A stretch of 64,000 nt of DNA from Vulcanimicrobiota bacterium (lineage in GTDB: Bacteria; Vulcanimicrobiota; Vulcanimicrobiia; Vulcanimicrobiales; Vulcanimicrobiaceae), in contig CAWAXX010000014.1 of NCBI GenBank assembly GCA_963786105.1, forward strand, positions 160,001-224,000, read 5' to 3'. This document shows positions 1-9,401 of this stretch, in pieces (the stretch's first letter is position 1; each line of letters starts with the position of its first letter). A program made the translations under genes and the position numbers. The notes beneath the pieces were generated by a model that did no database searches, was not told the origin of the DNA, and saw only the letters and a list, made by a program, of their open reading frames with translations.

Positions 1-1417
1 ACCGCGTGCGAGTCCAGCGGTCGTGCAAGAGGACCCGTCGCCAAACGAAGCTCAACGGTACGATCAGCCACCAAAGGAGCAAAACCAGCACGTAACGGCC
101 GACGGCGCGCCAGATTCCGGGACGGCGAAAATCGGTGGTGACGACGCGCAGTCCGGCAATCATCATGCCGAAACTCTGTCCACCGAGGGCAACTAAGAGC
201 GCCATGTACACCGAAAACCATACCGACTTTCCGGTGCTGTTATTCGGATTGAAGATGGTCGGCGTGATGACGAAGCTTCCTATTCGGAGATGAGGCTGGC
301 CGGTTTCCGCGTTGAAGACCAACGGACCGACCTGCTCGTCTGTGTCCGTCGGAGATGGTGCTGCAGTCGGCTGGGCTTTCCGGTGCGATGGGCTCGCTGA
401 CGGTGCGGGCGTCGACGTCTCGATTCGTACCGTGTTTGCGGTATTGCCGGCGCCGCTGCCGGCAAACGAGTTGATGATCGCCAGTACGACGACGGCGTCG
501 ATGGCGAAGGCAGCGAAGCGACGCCACCACCCGGCGCAGTCGCGAAGGCCAACGGTGGTCGATCCCGGCGCCGCCAAGGCGGGCGGCTCCTCGCCGCGTT
601 CGCGCAAGAACCATTCTTCCGCGGTCGTATAGGCGTTCGAGGCGATGAAGGTACGCAGAGCGGCGATGCGCGTGGTCGCATAGGGCTCGCTACCCAACCA
701 GGTACCCCAGCGCGAAATCGTATCCGCTTCAATCTCGGCGTGCTGCTCGGCAAACGCTTGATAGTCGACCTTCCGTCCGAACTCATGAAACTCGGCGACG
801 CCGATCGCGCGGATCGCCGCGTCGAGCGTGCCGCAGCAGAGCAGTCCGACTTTGTCGCACGTCATCGTGCACCGTCGCAGCCAGCCGCCGAAGATCAGCG
901 CGATCAGCGGGTTCTCCTTGCCGTTGACGCTGAGCAGTGAAAGAAAGCGCGTGTGTCCGGCGGCGATGTGCCCTAGCTCGCGACCGATCATGAAGGCCAG
1001 CTCGTCGTCGCGGAAGACTTCGATCCAGTGGCTGCTGAGCACCAACGCATACGGCTCGCCGAATCCGAGAGCCGCTACCGGCACGAAATTGTCTTCCCGC
1101 GCGAACACGAGCGGCATCGGGATTTCCAACGCCGCACAGGCGCGCTTTACGATAGCGAAGACGCGCGGATACTGCGTATCGTGCACGCGCACGCTCGATC
1201 CCAGCAGGCGCCCGCGCGCCAGCGTCACGTACACCATCGCGATAACGATGAACAGGGCGACCTGCGACGCACCGATCGATTCGTGCAGCACGTACCCGAT
1301 GAACAGCGCGGCTGGTAACGCGCAAATGGCCGTCAGCCAGAAAGCGACGCGTTCGGACCTGTCCCGAAGCGAGCCGGGTCCATCGAAGAGCGAGTGCTGC
1401 GCAAGCGAGAACTGCAT
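1..1417 (-). CDS. M48 peptidase-like (degenerate active site) plus RDD-domain membrane protein, 3' end outside window
   Basis: Manual translation (absent from ORF track because the stop is outside the window): MQFSLAQH..., ELAFMIGRELGHIAAGH (M48-like), then CAGWWRRFAAFAID (RDD start). An alternative in-frame ATG lies at 1579. Confidence 0.75.
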   Translation of the reverse strand, partial: MQFSLAQHSLFDGPGSLRDRSERVAFWLTAICALPAALFIGYVLHESIGASQVALFIVIAMVYVTLARGRLLGSSVRVHDTQYPRVFAIVKRACAALEIPMPLVFAREDNFVPVAALGFGEPYALVLSSHWIEVFRDDELAFMIGRELGHIAAGHTRFLSLLSVNGKENPLIALIFGGWLRRCTMTCDKVGLLCCGTLDAAIRAIGVAEFHEFGRKVDYQAFAEQHAEIEADTISRWGTWLGSEPYATTRIAALRTFIASNAYTTAEEWFLRERGEEPPALAAPGSTTVGLRDCAGWWRRFAAFAIDAVVVLAIINSFAGSGAGNTANTVRIETSTPAPSASPSHRKAQPTAAPSPTDTDEQVGPLVFNAETGQPHLRIGSFVITPTIFNPNNSTGKSVWFSVYMALLVALGGQSFGMMIAGLRVVTTDFRRPGIWRAVGRYVLVLLLWWLIVPLSFVWRRVLLHDRWTRTR

Positions 1418-1721
1418 GTCCGCAGGCGGCTTCACCCTCGAGCACGCGACGCCCGCTTTTCGCATAAGCAGCCCGGGAACGCGCCAGGCGAAGTCCCGGA
1501 AGGTATTGACGGCGTCGAACGAGTCCATTTGGCGCGCCCCAGGGGAGTCTTTAGCGGATCGAGACGATGAGCGCGCCATGGTTCGAGGCCCCACGAAGTG
1601 GGGGGCGCGGAGCCGGGGGCGGAGCGCCTTTCAAACATACAGGCCTCACGGCCGAAATTCACGTTAGAGCCGCGCTTTCGGACCTCAAGACTTTCCGGGC
1701 CAAAATTTTTTGCTCGGGCGC

Positions 1722-1767
1722 TTGACACCGGGGGGGCTAATGGCTAATATACTAGTGTACTAGTACA
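1722..1767 (+). promoter_or_regulatory. sigma70-type promoter and palindromic GntR/YtrA-like operator
   Basis: TTGACA (1722-1727), 17-nt spacer, TAATAT (1745-1750); perfect palindrome TGTACTAGTACA at 1756-1767 upstream of a GntR gene. Confidence 0.7.
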
Positions 1768-1808
1768 ACAGTAGGTTGGTACTAGACAATCGAAAGGACT
1801 TGAAAGCC

Positions 1809-1928
1809 ATGACGTACCTTGCCATCAACCCAACCGAGAACGAAAACGCCCGCGAACTCCGCACCACCGTGCGCTTGCCCGACCAGACGTCTAGCCGCCT
1901 GTTCCAAGGCTGGGGCCCGAAGTTCTAA
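1809..1928 (+). CDS. 39-aa small protein leading the GntR-ABC operon
   Basis: AAGGA upstream, ATG 1809, MTYLAINPTENENARELRTTVRLPDQTSSRLFQGWGPKF, TAA 1926-1928; fills the gap between promoter and GntR gene. Confidence 0.6.
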   Translation: MTYLAINPTENENARELRTTVRLPDQTSSRLFQGWGPKF

Positions 1929-1946
1929 AGGTACCGACCTAAAGAT

Positions 1947-2345
1947 ATGCCGGCCGTGTTAACGGTCGATGCGCGCAGCGGCGTGCCGATCTACCTGCAA
2001 ATCATCGAGCAAGTCAAGCGATCTGTCGCTTTGGGAATCTTGCAAGCAGGCGAACAGCTCCCGACCGTCAAGCAGCTCGCGCTCGATCTCACGATCAATC
2101 CGAACACCGTTGCGCGGGCCTACCGCGATCTCGAACGCGACAGCGTCATCGAAACCGCTCCGGGTCGAGGATCGTTCGTCCGCGCCGACGGCGCGGCGGA
2201 TTCGGCCAGAACGGCTGCCACCGACGTGGCCCGCGACGCCCTCGCTCTGGCACTGCGTGAAGCCAAGTCGGTAGGACTCTCCCGCAGCGAGGTTCGCGAA
2301 TTGATCGATCTTGCACTCGACCGGTGGTTTCCGGAGGAACGATGA
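1947..2345 (+). CDS. GntR family regulator, YtrA subfamily
   Basis: PIYLQIIEQVK...GEQLPTVKQLA...INPNTVARAYRDLE; short C-terminus; precedes an ABC ATPase. Confidence 0.93.
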   Translation: MPAVLTVDARSGVPIYLQIIEQVKRSVALGILQAGEQLPTVKQLALDLTINPNTVARAYRDLERDSVIETAPGRGSFVRADGAADSARTAATDVARDALALALREAKSVGLSRSEVRELIDLALDRWFPEER

Positions 2346-3256
2346 GTACGATTCAAATCTCACACCTGCGCAAGACCTACGGCTCTTTCGCAGCCGTTGA
2401 CGACTTCTCGCTGCAAATACCCGCGGGTAGCGTCTTCGGCTTGCTGGGACCAAACGGTGCCGGCAAGACGACCGTGTTCAAGTGTATGCTCGGCTTAGCG
2501 CGGATGGCCGGCGGCGAGATTCTGTACGACGGAAAACCGCTCGTTCCGGCGACGTTCGAGCGCATCGCCTACGTCCCGGAGCGAAGTGCTCTGTACGAGT
2601 GGATGACGGTCGCGGATCACGTCGAGATGAACCGGCGCGCCTTTTCGAAGTTCGATTCTGCCCGCGCATTCGAGCTGCTCGGCCTGTTCGGCGTCGAACC
2701 GCGGAAGCGCGGTCGCGCGCTCTCCAAGGGCATGCGCACCGCCGTGATGGTGGCCCTAGCGTTTGCACGAAATGCCGACGTGATGATTCTCGACGAACCG
2801 ACTAGCGGACTCGACCCGGTGAACCAGCGTCATGTCTTGAGTCTCATCATCAACGAGGCGGCTCGCGGAAACTCGGTCATTTTCTCGTCACACCAGATCG
2901 GTCAGGTGGAGCGCGCCGCCGAATTTATCGCCGTAATGGATCGCGGGCGCCTCGTACTCGAAGGCGCTGTTGACGACCTCAAAGCCGATCGCAAGATCGT
3001 CGAAGGGATTTTCCCCGACGCTTCCTATTCGCTCAACGGTATCGCGGCAGATCCGCACGTCGCGCGGATCGATCGCACCGAACGGATCGCCCGGCTGTTG
3101 GTGCTCGCCGATGCCGAGGGGATCGCTCAACGTCTTTCCTCCGCCGGTGCAACCGGCGTACGCATCCTCGACCTCAATCTCGAAGACATCTTTCTCTACG
3201 CGGTCTCACCGGCCGACGCCACCGCCGACGTCGTGGCGAAGGCGGGCTCGTCGTGA
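2342..3256 (+). CDS. ABC transporter ATP-binding protein
   Basis: Walker A GPNGAGKT, signature LSKGM, Walker B MILDEP, SSH switch; ATGA overlap with GntR stop. Confidence 0.93.
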   Translation: MSTIQISHLRKTYGSFAAVDDFSLQIPAGSVFGLLGPNGAGKTTVFKCMLGLARMAGGEILYDGKPLVPATFERIAYVPERSALYEWMTVADHVEMNRRAFSKFDSARAFELLGLFGVEPRKRGRALSKGMRTAVMVALAFARNADVMILDEPTSGLDPVNQRHVLSLIINEAARGNSVIFSSHQIGQVERAAEFIAVMDRGRLVLEGAVDDLKADRKIVEGIFPDASYSLNGIAADPHVARIDRTERIARLLVLADAEGIAQRLSSAGATGVRILDLNLEDIFLYAVSPADATADVVAKAGSS

Positions 3257-4287
3257 CGTACGTCGAGTGGCTGCGCGTCCGCGGCGTTATGAAGTGGACG
3301 GCAATCGTCCTCGTCCTCTTGGTTGCTTTGCTGATCGTACTGCGAATCTCGCTGCTGGCCGTTGGGTCGAACGACGCGTTATCGTTCGTTCACGGCGTGG
3401 AAGTGAACCAAGACTCGCACGTCACGCATTCAACCCTGCCCGACGGCGCGTCCCGCACGGTGATCGACAATGCGAAGCAGAGCGTGCACATCGTGGTGGA
3501 CGATCGTGGCTACCAGGGAAAACACATCCAGATTTTCGAGTCGTCGGCGCACGCTTCGCACCACTCGCACAGGACGATTTCGATGGGCGATATTCACGTC
3601 GAAACGCTTCCAACCGGAAACGTCACGGTCACCACCATCGACACCAGCCAGCCGGAAGACCTCGCGTATTATTTCTCGATCGCATCGTTCGTTGCGTTGA
3701 TCGTCGGCACGGTTCTCGGAGCACCGTTTGCCCGCGAAAACGACGGACATCTCGAGATCGCGCTGACCAAACCAGTCGGTCGCGAAAGGCTGGCGCTGGG
3801 CATGATCGGCGCGGACCTCGCCGGCATTGGGGCGGCGTGGGTGATGACGGTGATCTTCCTCGTCGTAGGACATACCATCTTCGAGGCGCCGCACTTTGCG
3901 TTCGGTCCCAACGACGGGATCCTCGTCGCGCTAGGATTGGCCGGCGACGTTGCCTGGTATGCGATGCTGTGCGCCGCGACGGCGTCGATGCGGCGGTCGT
4001 ACGGTGCGGTCCTCGGCTTCGCCTGGCCGATCGCCGGCGTCATCGCCGTTCTCGCTAAGGTGAACCTCAGCAGTTCGCAGATCGGCCAAGTCATTCATAC
4101 GATCGTCACTCCGCTTTCCTGGATCGATCCCTTTCACTACCTGCACTTTGGGCCGGCGTTCACGGTGGATGGACGGCCCGCCGGCTCGATGGCGGTCTCG
4201 CCGGGCCTAGAGCTTCCGATTCTTCTGATACTCGCGCTTGTTTACGGCGCGCTCGCCGTTCTTCAATGGCGTCGCGTGGAGGCCTAA
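3253..4287 (+). CDS. ABC-2 type permease (paralog 1)
   Basis: Several hydrophobic segments, FARENDGHLEIALTKP loop, GTGA coupling to the ATPase. Confidence 0.8.
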   Translation: MTYVEWLRVRGVMKWTAIVLVLLVALLIVLRISLLAVGSNDALSFVHGVEVNQDSHVTHSTLPDGASRTVIDNAKQSVHIVVDDRGYQGKHIQIFESSAHASHHSHRTISMGDIHVETLPTGNVTVTTIDTSQPEDLAYYFSIASFVALIVGTVLGAPFARENDGHLEIALTKPVGRERLALGMIGADLAGIGAAWVMTVIFLVVGHTIFEAPHFAFGPNDGILVALGLAGDVAWYAMLCAATASMRRSYGAVLGFAWPIAGVIAVLAKVNLSSSQIGQVIHTIVTPLSWIDPFHYLHFGPAFTVDGRPAGSMAVSPGLELPILLILALVYGALAVLQWRRVEA

Positions 4288-4291
4288 GACT

Positions 4292-4444
4292 ATGGAAATA
4301 CTCGGAACCAACTTCACGTTCTCGCTCGGGGCCTGGCGTTTACGCTTCGTCCTCGCCATCGAAGACGCCGACGCTCAACCGATGCCCAAGGCGCCGCCGC
4401 CGCATCGCGTGCGCGTCATGCCCGAAGACGAGTTCGTGCGCTGA
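4292..4444 (+). CDS. 50-aa small protein between the permeases
   Basis: GGAGG upstream, ATG 4292 (MEILGTNFTFSLGAWRLRFVLAIED...), TGA overlapping the next ATG. Confidence 0.6.
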   Translation: MEILGTNFTFSLGAWRLRFVLAIEDADAQPMPKAPPPHRVRVMPEDEFVR

Positions 4445-5460
4445 TGACCTACGTCGAGTGGCTGCGTGTCCGCGGAGCGCTGAAGTGGATCGCGATCGTG
4501 CTCCTCGCGTTCTTCGTCGTCACCGCAATCGGTCGCGTCTGGGCATTCGGACTAGGGGGCGGTCCGTTGACGCGCATCGCGCGGCTACAAGCCGACCCGA
4601 GCTCACGAGTGACCGAAACGACCGCCCCGGACGGAGCTCGCCGGACGGTCATCGACGATCCGAAAGAACGAGTTCACGTCACGATCGATGAATACGGCTG
4701 GGCGCGCAAGCACATCGAAATTTTCGATCGCTCCTCGCGCGACCATTCGAAAGAAACGATCGTTGCCGGCACCGTTCAAGTGCGGAAGCTCCCATCGGTC
4801 GGCGGTTCGCTGGTCGTCATCGACACGAACGGAATCCCGTTCTCGACGTTTGCGCTCGTAGGTATCGTGGTCGCGCTCGTCTTCGCCAGCGTCGTGGGCT
4901 CGCCGTTTGCGCGTGAAAACGACGGCCATCTCGAGGTCGCCTTGACTAAACCGATCGGGCGAACGGCGCTGAGCCTGGAGACCATCGCGGTCGATGCCGC
5001 GGGAATCGTTGCGGCCTTCGCGCTCGGTGTGGCGTTCGCGTTCCTGTGCGCCGCCGTGTTCGAACCTCCGCGGGTCACCTACGATGTAAACGATTTCTTT
5101 GCAACGCTGCTGGGCATCGTCGGGCCGCTGTCGTGGTACGCGCTGCTCAACGCGTCGACGGCGTCGCTGAAGCGCGGCTACGGTACCGTCGTCGGTTTCG
5201 CGTGGCCGGCGGCGTTGCTGATTTTCGGGCTTAGCCGGATTCAACCCGACGGAAACATGATGCTCTTCGTCGTGAGCAACATCTTCAAAGGGCTTGCCGT
5301 CTTCGATCCGGTGTCGTACCTGCACATCTCCTTTCCGGCTGAAATCGCCGGCAAATCCGTCGCCGGCACGTCGACCCAAATCAACGTGCTCGCGCTCGCG
5401 TTGTTGTCGGTGCTCTACGGCGGGCTGGCGGTTTTCCAGTGGCGGCGAATCGAAAACTAG
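4444..5460 (+). CDS. ABC-2 type permease (paralog 2)
   Basis: Same N-terminus MTYVEWLRVRG and ARENDGHLEVALTKP motif as 3253..4287; ends QWRRIEN versus QWRRVEA. Confidence 0.8.
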   Translation: MTYVEWLRVRGALKWIAIVLLAFFVVTAIGRVWAFGLGGGPLTRIARLQADPSSRVTETTAPDGARRTVIDDPKERVHVTIDEYGWARKHIEIFDRSSRDHSKETIVAGTVQVRKLPSVGGSLVVIDTNGIPFSTFALVGIVVALVFASVVGSPFARENDGHLEVALTKPIGRTALSLETIAVDAAGIVAAFALGVAFAFLCAAVFEPPRVTYDVNDFFATLLGIVGPLSWYALLNASTASLKRGYGTVVGFAWPAALLIFGLSRIQPDGNMMLFVVSNIFKGLAVFDPVSYLHISFPAEIAGKSVAGTSTQINVLALALLSVLYGGLAVFQWRRIEN

Positions 5461-5478
5461 CGCCTCGACGAGCCCGCG

Positions 5479-5731
5479 ATCCTGAGCGGAGCGCCGCAGG
5501 CGCGCAGTCGAAGGACGATCGTTTCAACATTACTCGCCAAACTGAGGGCGTCTGGACGCCGAGCGGAGGCACGGATGCCGGGAGCGACGCGCCAGCCGAG
5601 TAGCGTTTTCGCACGGACGCGAAAACGCGAACGTCCCGAAGGTGGCGAGTAATGTTGAACTTGGGGTCCCTCGACTGCGCTCGCTAACGCTCGCTCCGCT
5701 CAGGATGACAGGGCGCTCCGCTCAGGATGAC
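5479..5731. repeat. Structured repeat copy A inside inverted REP-like units
   Basis: REP-like ATCCTGAGCGGAGC...CAGTCGAAGG and its inverse flank a core closed by a 17-bp inverted repeat (5523-5539 / 5643-5659). Confidence 0.85.
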
Positions 5732-5762
5732 GCAAAAAGACCGCCGCGTTCGGGAGTCGGGG

Positions 5763-6926
5763 CTATAAGACGAAGCCGTTAAGGACAGCCGGCCGCGCAA
5801 ATTTGAATCCGTCCTTGCCGACCGTGTAGATGTAGATGTTCGGTATGAGGGGATCGCCGTACACGTTAAAACTGTATTGGCCGACCAAGGTCGTAAACGT
5901 CGGGCTGCGTTGCATCGACGCCAGCAAAGAGAACCGCGTGGACGAGTTGTTGCGTTGTGAGGCGGTGATCAACACCTGGGCGGCTGCGTAGCCATAGGCC
6001 GAAAACGCGGTGATGGGACCGACCTCACGCTGGAAATCGATCAACAGCGCAACGGCGCTCGGAACTCGCTCGAGCGGAGGGAGCGAAGAGGCGACGTACG
6101 AACCGTCGAGGACTCTCGCGTGTTCGGCGATCGTTTCGCTGTTGTAAAAACCGTCGCTCGCGCCGAAATCGCCGGCGTAACCCGCCACTCGCAGCGCTTC
6201 GGCAAGCGACCCCAACGCGGCCGTCGTTCCGCATAGAAAAACGTAGCCGGGGCTGCGGTCGAGTACGGTGCGGGCGGCTGCGCCCGGGTCGATGCCTTTT
6301 GCCGGGAACAACAGGACGTCGGCAGCGTGCCGGTCCGACTTGGCCTGCTGGACGAAGCCGCGCGCAACGTCGTATCCATAGTCGCCGTCGAGCGCGACGG
6401 CGATGGCCGCTGCGCCCCGCTTCTCCGGTAGCACCGTGGATGCGAAGAGCCGGCCCGACGTGCTGTCCTTTGCCGGGAGCCGGAAGATATTGTGATAGCC
6501 GCGGTTGGTTAGAGCGTCGGCGGTGACCGTCGGGACGACGACGGCGAAGTTTACGTTGGCATAGCGCGAGAGCGCCGCCAGCGTCATGGGACCGGTCAAG
6601 TTGCCGACGATGCCGATGACGCTCGGATCCGCGGCGGCGACGCTGGCGTTGGTGGCCGCGAGCGCGGCATCGTTGCGATCGTCATACGTTCGCATGCCCC
6701 AAACGTGCGAGACCGGAGCGGTGAAGCGATTGGTCTCGTCGACGGCGGCTTGCACTCCGCGGACGACGTCGTAACCATATTTTTGCAATGGCCCCGACAG
6801 CGTGACGTTGACGCCGACCGTCAGCTGCTGCAGAAACTGCTGATTTAGAATTTGCGCGCGCCCCCGCGCGGTTAGCGAGCCGAAGGCCGCGGCTCCGGCC
6901 GCCGCCAGAAACGCCGGCCGTCTCAC
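5763..6926 (-). CDS. Branched-chain amino acid ABC-type substrate-binding protein (LivK-like)
   Basis: Tat-like N-terminus MRRPAFLAAAG, LSGP..YG, YDDRND, NIFRL, AYGYAAAQVL; typical periplasmic binding protein length. Confidence 0.8.
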   Translation of the reverse strand: MRRPAFLAAAGAAAFGSLTARGRAQILNQQFLQQLTVGVNVTLSGPLQKYGYDVVRGVQAAVDETNRFTAPVSHVWGMRTYDDRNDAALAATNASVAAADPSVIGIVGNLTGPMTLAALSRYANVNFAVVVPTVTADALTNRGYHNIFRLPAKDSTSGRLFASTVLPEKRGAAAIAVALDGDYGYDVARGFVQQAKSDRHAADVLLFPAKGIDPGAAARTVLDRSPGYVFLCGTTAALGSLAEALRVAGYAGDFGASDGFYNSETIAEHARVLDGSYVASSLPPLERVPSAVALLIDFQREVGPITAFSAYGYAAAQVLITASQRNNSSTRFSLLASMQRSPTFTTLVGQYSFNVYGDPLIPNIYIYTVGKDGFKFARPAVLNGFVL

Positions 6927-7792
6927 GAGACGCCGCCCCTACTGGCGGCAGCGTAACTCGCAACCGTCGTCCCGAGGAAGATCAGCGAGAACGCCATGTT
7001 TGAGGCGAAGATCCGCTCGTTGAGCACGAACGCGTTTTCGGCGATGCGCAGCAGACGCTCTTCGTAGACCACCAGTGCCGCTGCCGCGAACACGCCCGCA
7101 TAGTAGATCCAGCCGGCGTGCGCGGTAAGTCCGGCTCCCGCCAACAGCCCAAGCATGAGCACGTGCAGCGCGATTGGCAGCACGTGTCCGCTAGTCTCTC
7201 CAAACCGCGCCGGTAGCGACTGAATCCCTTGCGCGCGATCGACCGAAAAATCCATCAGTGCGTAAATAATGTCGAATCCCGCCACCCATACGGTCACGGC
7301 AAGAAAGAGCAAGATCGCCGGCCACGTTACCGTTCCGGCGATGCCGATGAACGCGCCGAGCGGCGCGAGCGCGTCGACGGCTCCGAGCACGAAATGCGTC
7401 AACCACGTAAACCGTTTGCAAAGCGGGTAAACCAAAAGCCCGACGCCCGCAATCGGCAGGAGTTTCACGCACAGCGGGTTGAGCATCCAGGCCGCCCACA
7501 GCAGCACCAGCAAGCCGACGGCGATCGCGCACAGCATCGATGCCGGCGAAAGCGCGCCGCTGGCGACCGCGCGCCGGGAGGTACGCGGATTGCGCGCGTC
7601 GATGTCGCGATCGAGATAGCGATTGGCGGCCATGGCCGCCGTGCGCGCACCCAGCACGGCCAGCGTAATCCAAAACAAGGCGGGCCACGCGGGAAAGCCG
7701 CGCGCCGCGAGCACCGCGCCGACGTAGGCGAACGGTAAGGCGAAGAGCGTGTGCTCGATCCGAATTTCCTTGAGGAAGAGCGCGACTTTCAT
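6923..7792 (-). CDS. UbiA-family prenyltransferase (MqnP-like, menaquinone pathway)
   Basis: EHTLFALPFAY, NRYLDRDIDARNPRT, GFDIIYALMD; ATGA overlap with the UbiD gene. Confidence 0.9.
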   Translation of the reverse strand: MKVALFLKEIRIEHTLFALPFAYVGAVLAARGFPAWPALFWITLAVLGARTAAMAANRYLDRDIDARNPRTSRRAVASGALSPASMLCAIAVGLLVLLWAAWMLNPLCVKLLPIAGVGLLVYPLCKRFTWLTHFVLGAVDALAPLGAFIGIAGTVTWPAILLFLAVTVWVAGFDIIYALMDFSVDRAQGIQSLPARFGETSGHVLPIALHVLMLGLLAGAGLTAHAGWIYYAGVFAAAALVVYEERLLRIAENAFVLNERIFASNMAFSLIFLGTTVASYAAASRGGVS

Positions 7793-9324
7793 CGTGCCGG
7801 CCCGCTCGGCGGCGTTGCCAAGAGCCGCGCGTAGGCGACCGGGCCTTGACCCGACCATTCGTCGGCTTGCAGCGCATTTGCGACGGCTTCGAGTCCGTAT
7901 TCACGCCAGCGTTTGCTCACCATCGACCGTACGCTCGGGTCCATGATCATGTCGGGCGGCCATTCGCGCACGTAGCCTTCGGCGGCGGTCTTGCGAGTGG
8001 CGTCCACGCCGATCTTCGTGCCGTAGGCGACCGCGTACGAGCCGTGGTCGAGGTCGTCGACCGGACCCGGCATCATCACCACGTCGCGATCGGGTGCGAG
8101 ATTGTTGAGAACGAACCAGGCTACGGTTCGGCAGTCTTGCACGTCCACGTCGGCATCGACGATCACCAGGACGCGCGTCAGCATCATCATATGTCCCAGG
8201 CCCCAGAGCGCGCTCATCACTTTTTTGGCGTGGCCAGGATACGACTTTCGAATCGAGACGATCGCGAGATTGTGAAAGCCGCCTTCGACCGGAAGATTCA
8301 TGTCGACGACTTCGGGAAGCAGGAGTTGCAGCAACGGCAAGAAGAGACGCTCGGTGGCTTTCCCCAGCCAGGCGTCTTCCATCGGCGGTTTCCCGACGAC
8401 CGTGGCGGCGTAGATCGGATTGCGGCGATGGGTGATGCAGGTGACGTGAAAGGTTGGATAGGTGTCGGCAGGACTGTATACGCCCGTGTGATCGCCGAAC
8501 GGGCCTTCCGTTCGCAGATCCGTGTTGTCGACGTAGCCTTCAAGTACGAACTCCGCTTCGGCCGGTACGAGAAGGTCGACGGTTCGTGCCCGGACCAGTT
8601 CGACCGGCCGGCCGCGCAGCAATCCCGCGAAGGCGTACTCGTCGAGCAGCGGAGGCAAAGGTGCGGTGGCGGCATACGTTAAGACCGGTTCGGTTCCGAT
8701 CGCAACCGCTACCGGAATCTTCTCGCCCCACGCGGCCGCATGGGCGCGTCCGTGTTTGTGGCGTTGCCAGTGCATCGCCGTCTCGCGCCCGTTGTACACC
8801 TGCATGCGATACATGCCGACGTTTTGGCGTCCGGTGCGCGGATCTTTGGTGATGACGAGCGGAAGCGTGATGAACGGGCCTCCGTCGAGCGGCCACGTCG
8901 TCATCACCGGAAGCTTGGTGAGATCGGGTTCGCGCATGACGACGTCGTGCACGGCCGCGCTGCCGACGATTTTCGGCGCCGCATTGGCGAGTGGTGCAAG
9001 CTGCATCAGCGCGCCGATCTTATCGGTGAGCGAGGATCCGGGTGGACTCACGTTCACGAGTTTGCGTACGCGGGCGGAGGCTTCGCCCAAATCGGCCGCA
9101 TCCAGCGCGAGAGCCATGCGACGGTGAGTTCCGAATTGATTGGTGAGCACCGGAAACTTCGACCCATCGACGCGGGTGAAGAGCAAAGCCGGTCCGCCCG
9201 CTTTCACGACGCGATCGGTAATTTCGGCGATTTCGAGGTAGGGGTCGACCCGCGCCGCGATCGTGTGAAGCTCGCCGGCTTTGCGCAGCGTATCGACGAA
9301 CGCGCGCAGGGACGAAAACGGCAT
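7789..9324 (-). CDS. UbiD-family menaquinone biosynthesis decarboxylase (MqnL-like)
   Basis: EGPFGDHTG, NVGMYRMQ, GKPPMEDAWLGKATER. Confidence 0.92.
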   Translation of the reverse strand: MPFSSLRAFVDTLRKAGELHTIAARVDPYLEIAEITDRVVKAGGPALLFTRVDGSKFPVLTNQFGTHRRMALALDAADLGEASARVRKLVNVSPPGSSLTDKIGALMQLAPLANAAPKIVGSAAVHDVVMREPDLTKLPVMTTWPLDGGPFITLPLVITKDPRTGRQNVGMYRMQVYNGRETAMHWQRHKHGRAHAAAWGEKIPVAVAIGTEPVLTYAATAPLPPLLDEYAFAGLLRGRPVELVRARTVDLLVPAEAEFVLEGYVDNTDLRTEGPFGDHTGVYSPADTYPTFHVTCITHRRNPIYAATVVGKPPMEDAWLGKATERLFLPLLQLLLPEVVDMNLPVEGGFHNLAIVSIRKSYPGHAKKVMSALWGLGHMMMLTRVLVIVDADVDVQDCRTVAWFVLNNLAPDRDVVMMPGPVDDLDHGSYAVAYGTKIGVDATRKTAAEGYVREWPPDMIMDPSVRSMVSKRWREYGLEAVANALQADEWSGQGPVAYARLLATPPSGPAR

Positions 9325-9401
9325 GACGGGGTCTCTTAGAGGAAGCCGCCAGCGCCCCTGTTCGTGCCTGGGTTCCTGAGCGTCCGATGTGCGCCGCGTT
9401 C

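Noticed and set aside
828..1667. 279-aa plus-strand ORF and other ORFs at 240-1445
   Set aside because: Shadows of the minus-strand M48-RDD gene; no recognisable motifs.
5381..5614. Similar short ORFs MRKRYSAGAS... here and at 29730..29960 and 54471..54671
   Set aside because: They arise from the shared repeat; starts and ends differ between copies and conservation fits base pairing better.
5479..5731. Repeats as a CRISPR array or tRNA
   Set aside because: No regularly spaced direct repeats with spacers, no cas genes, no cloverleaf.
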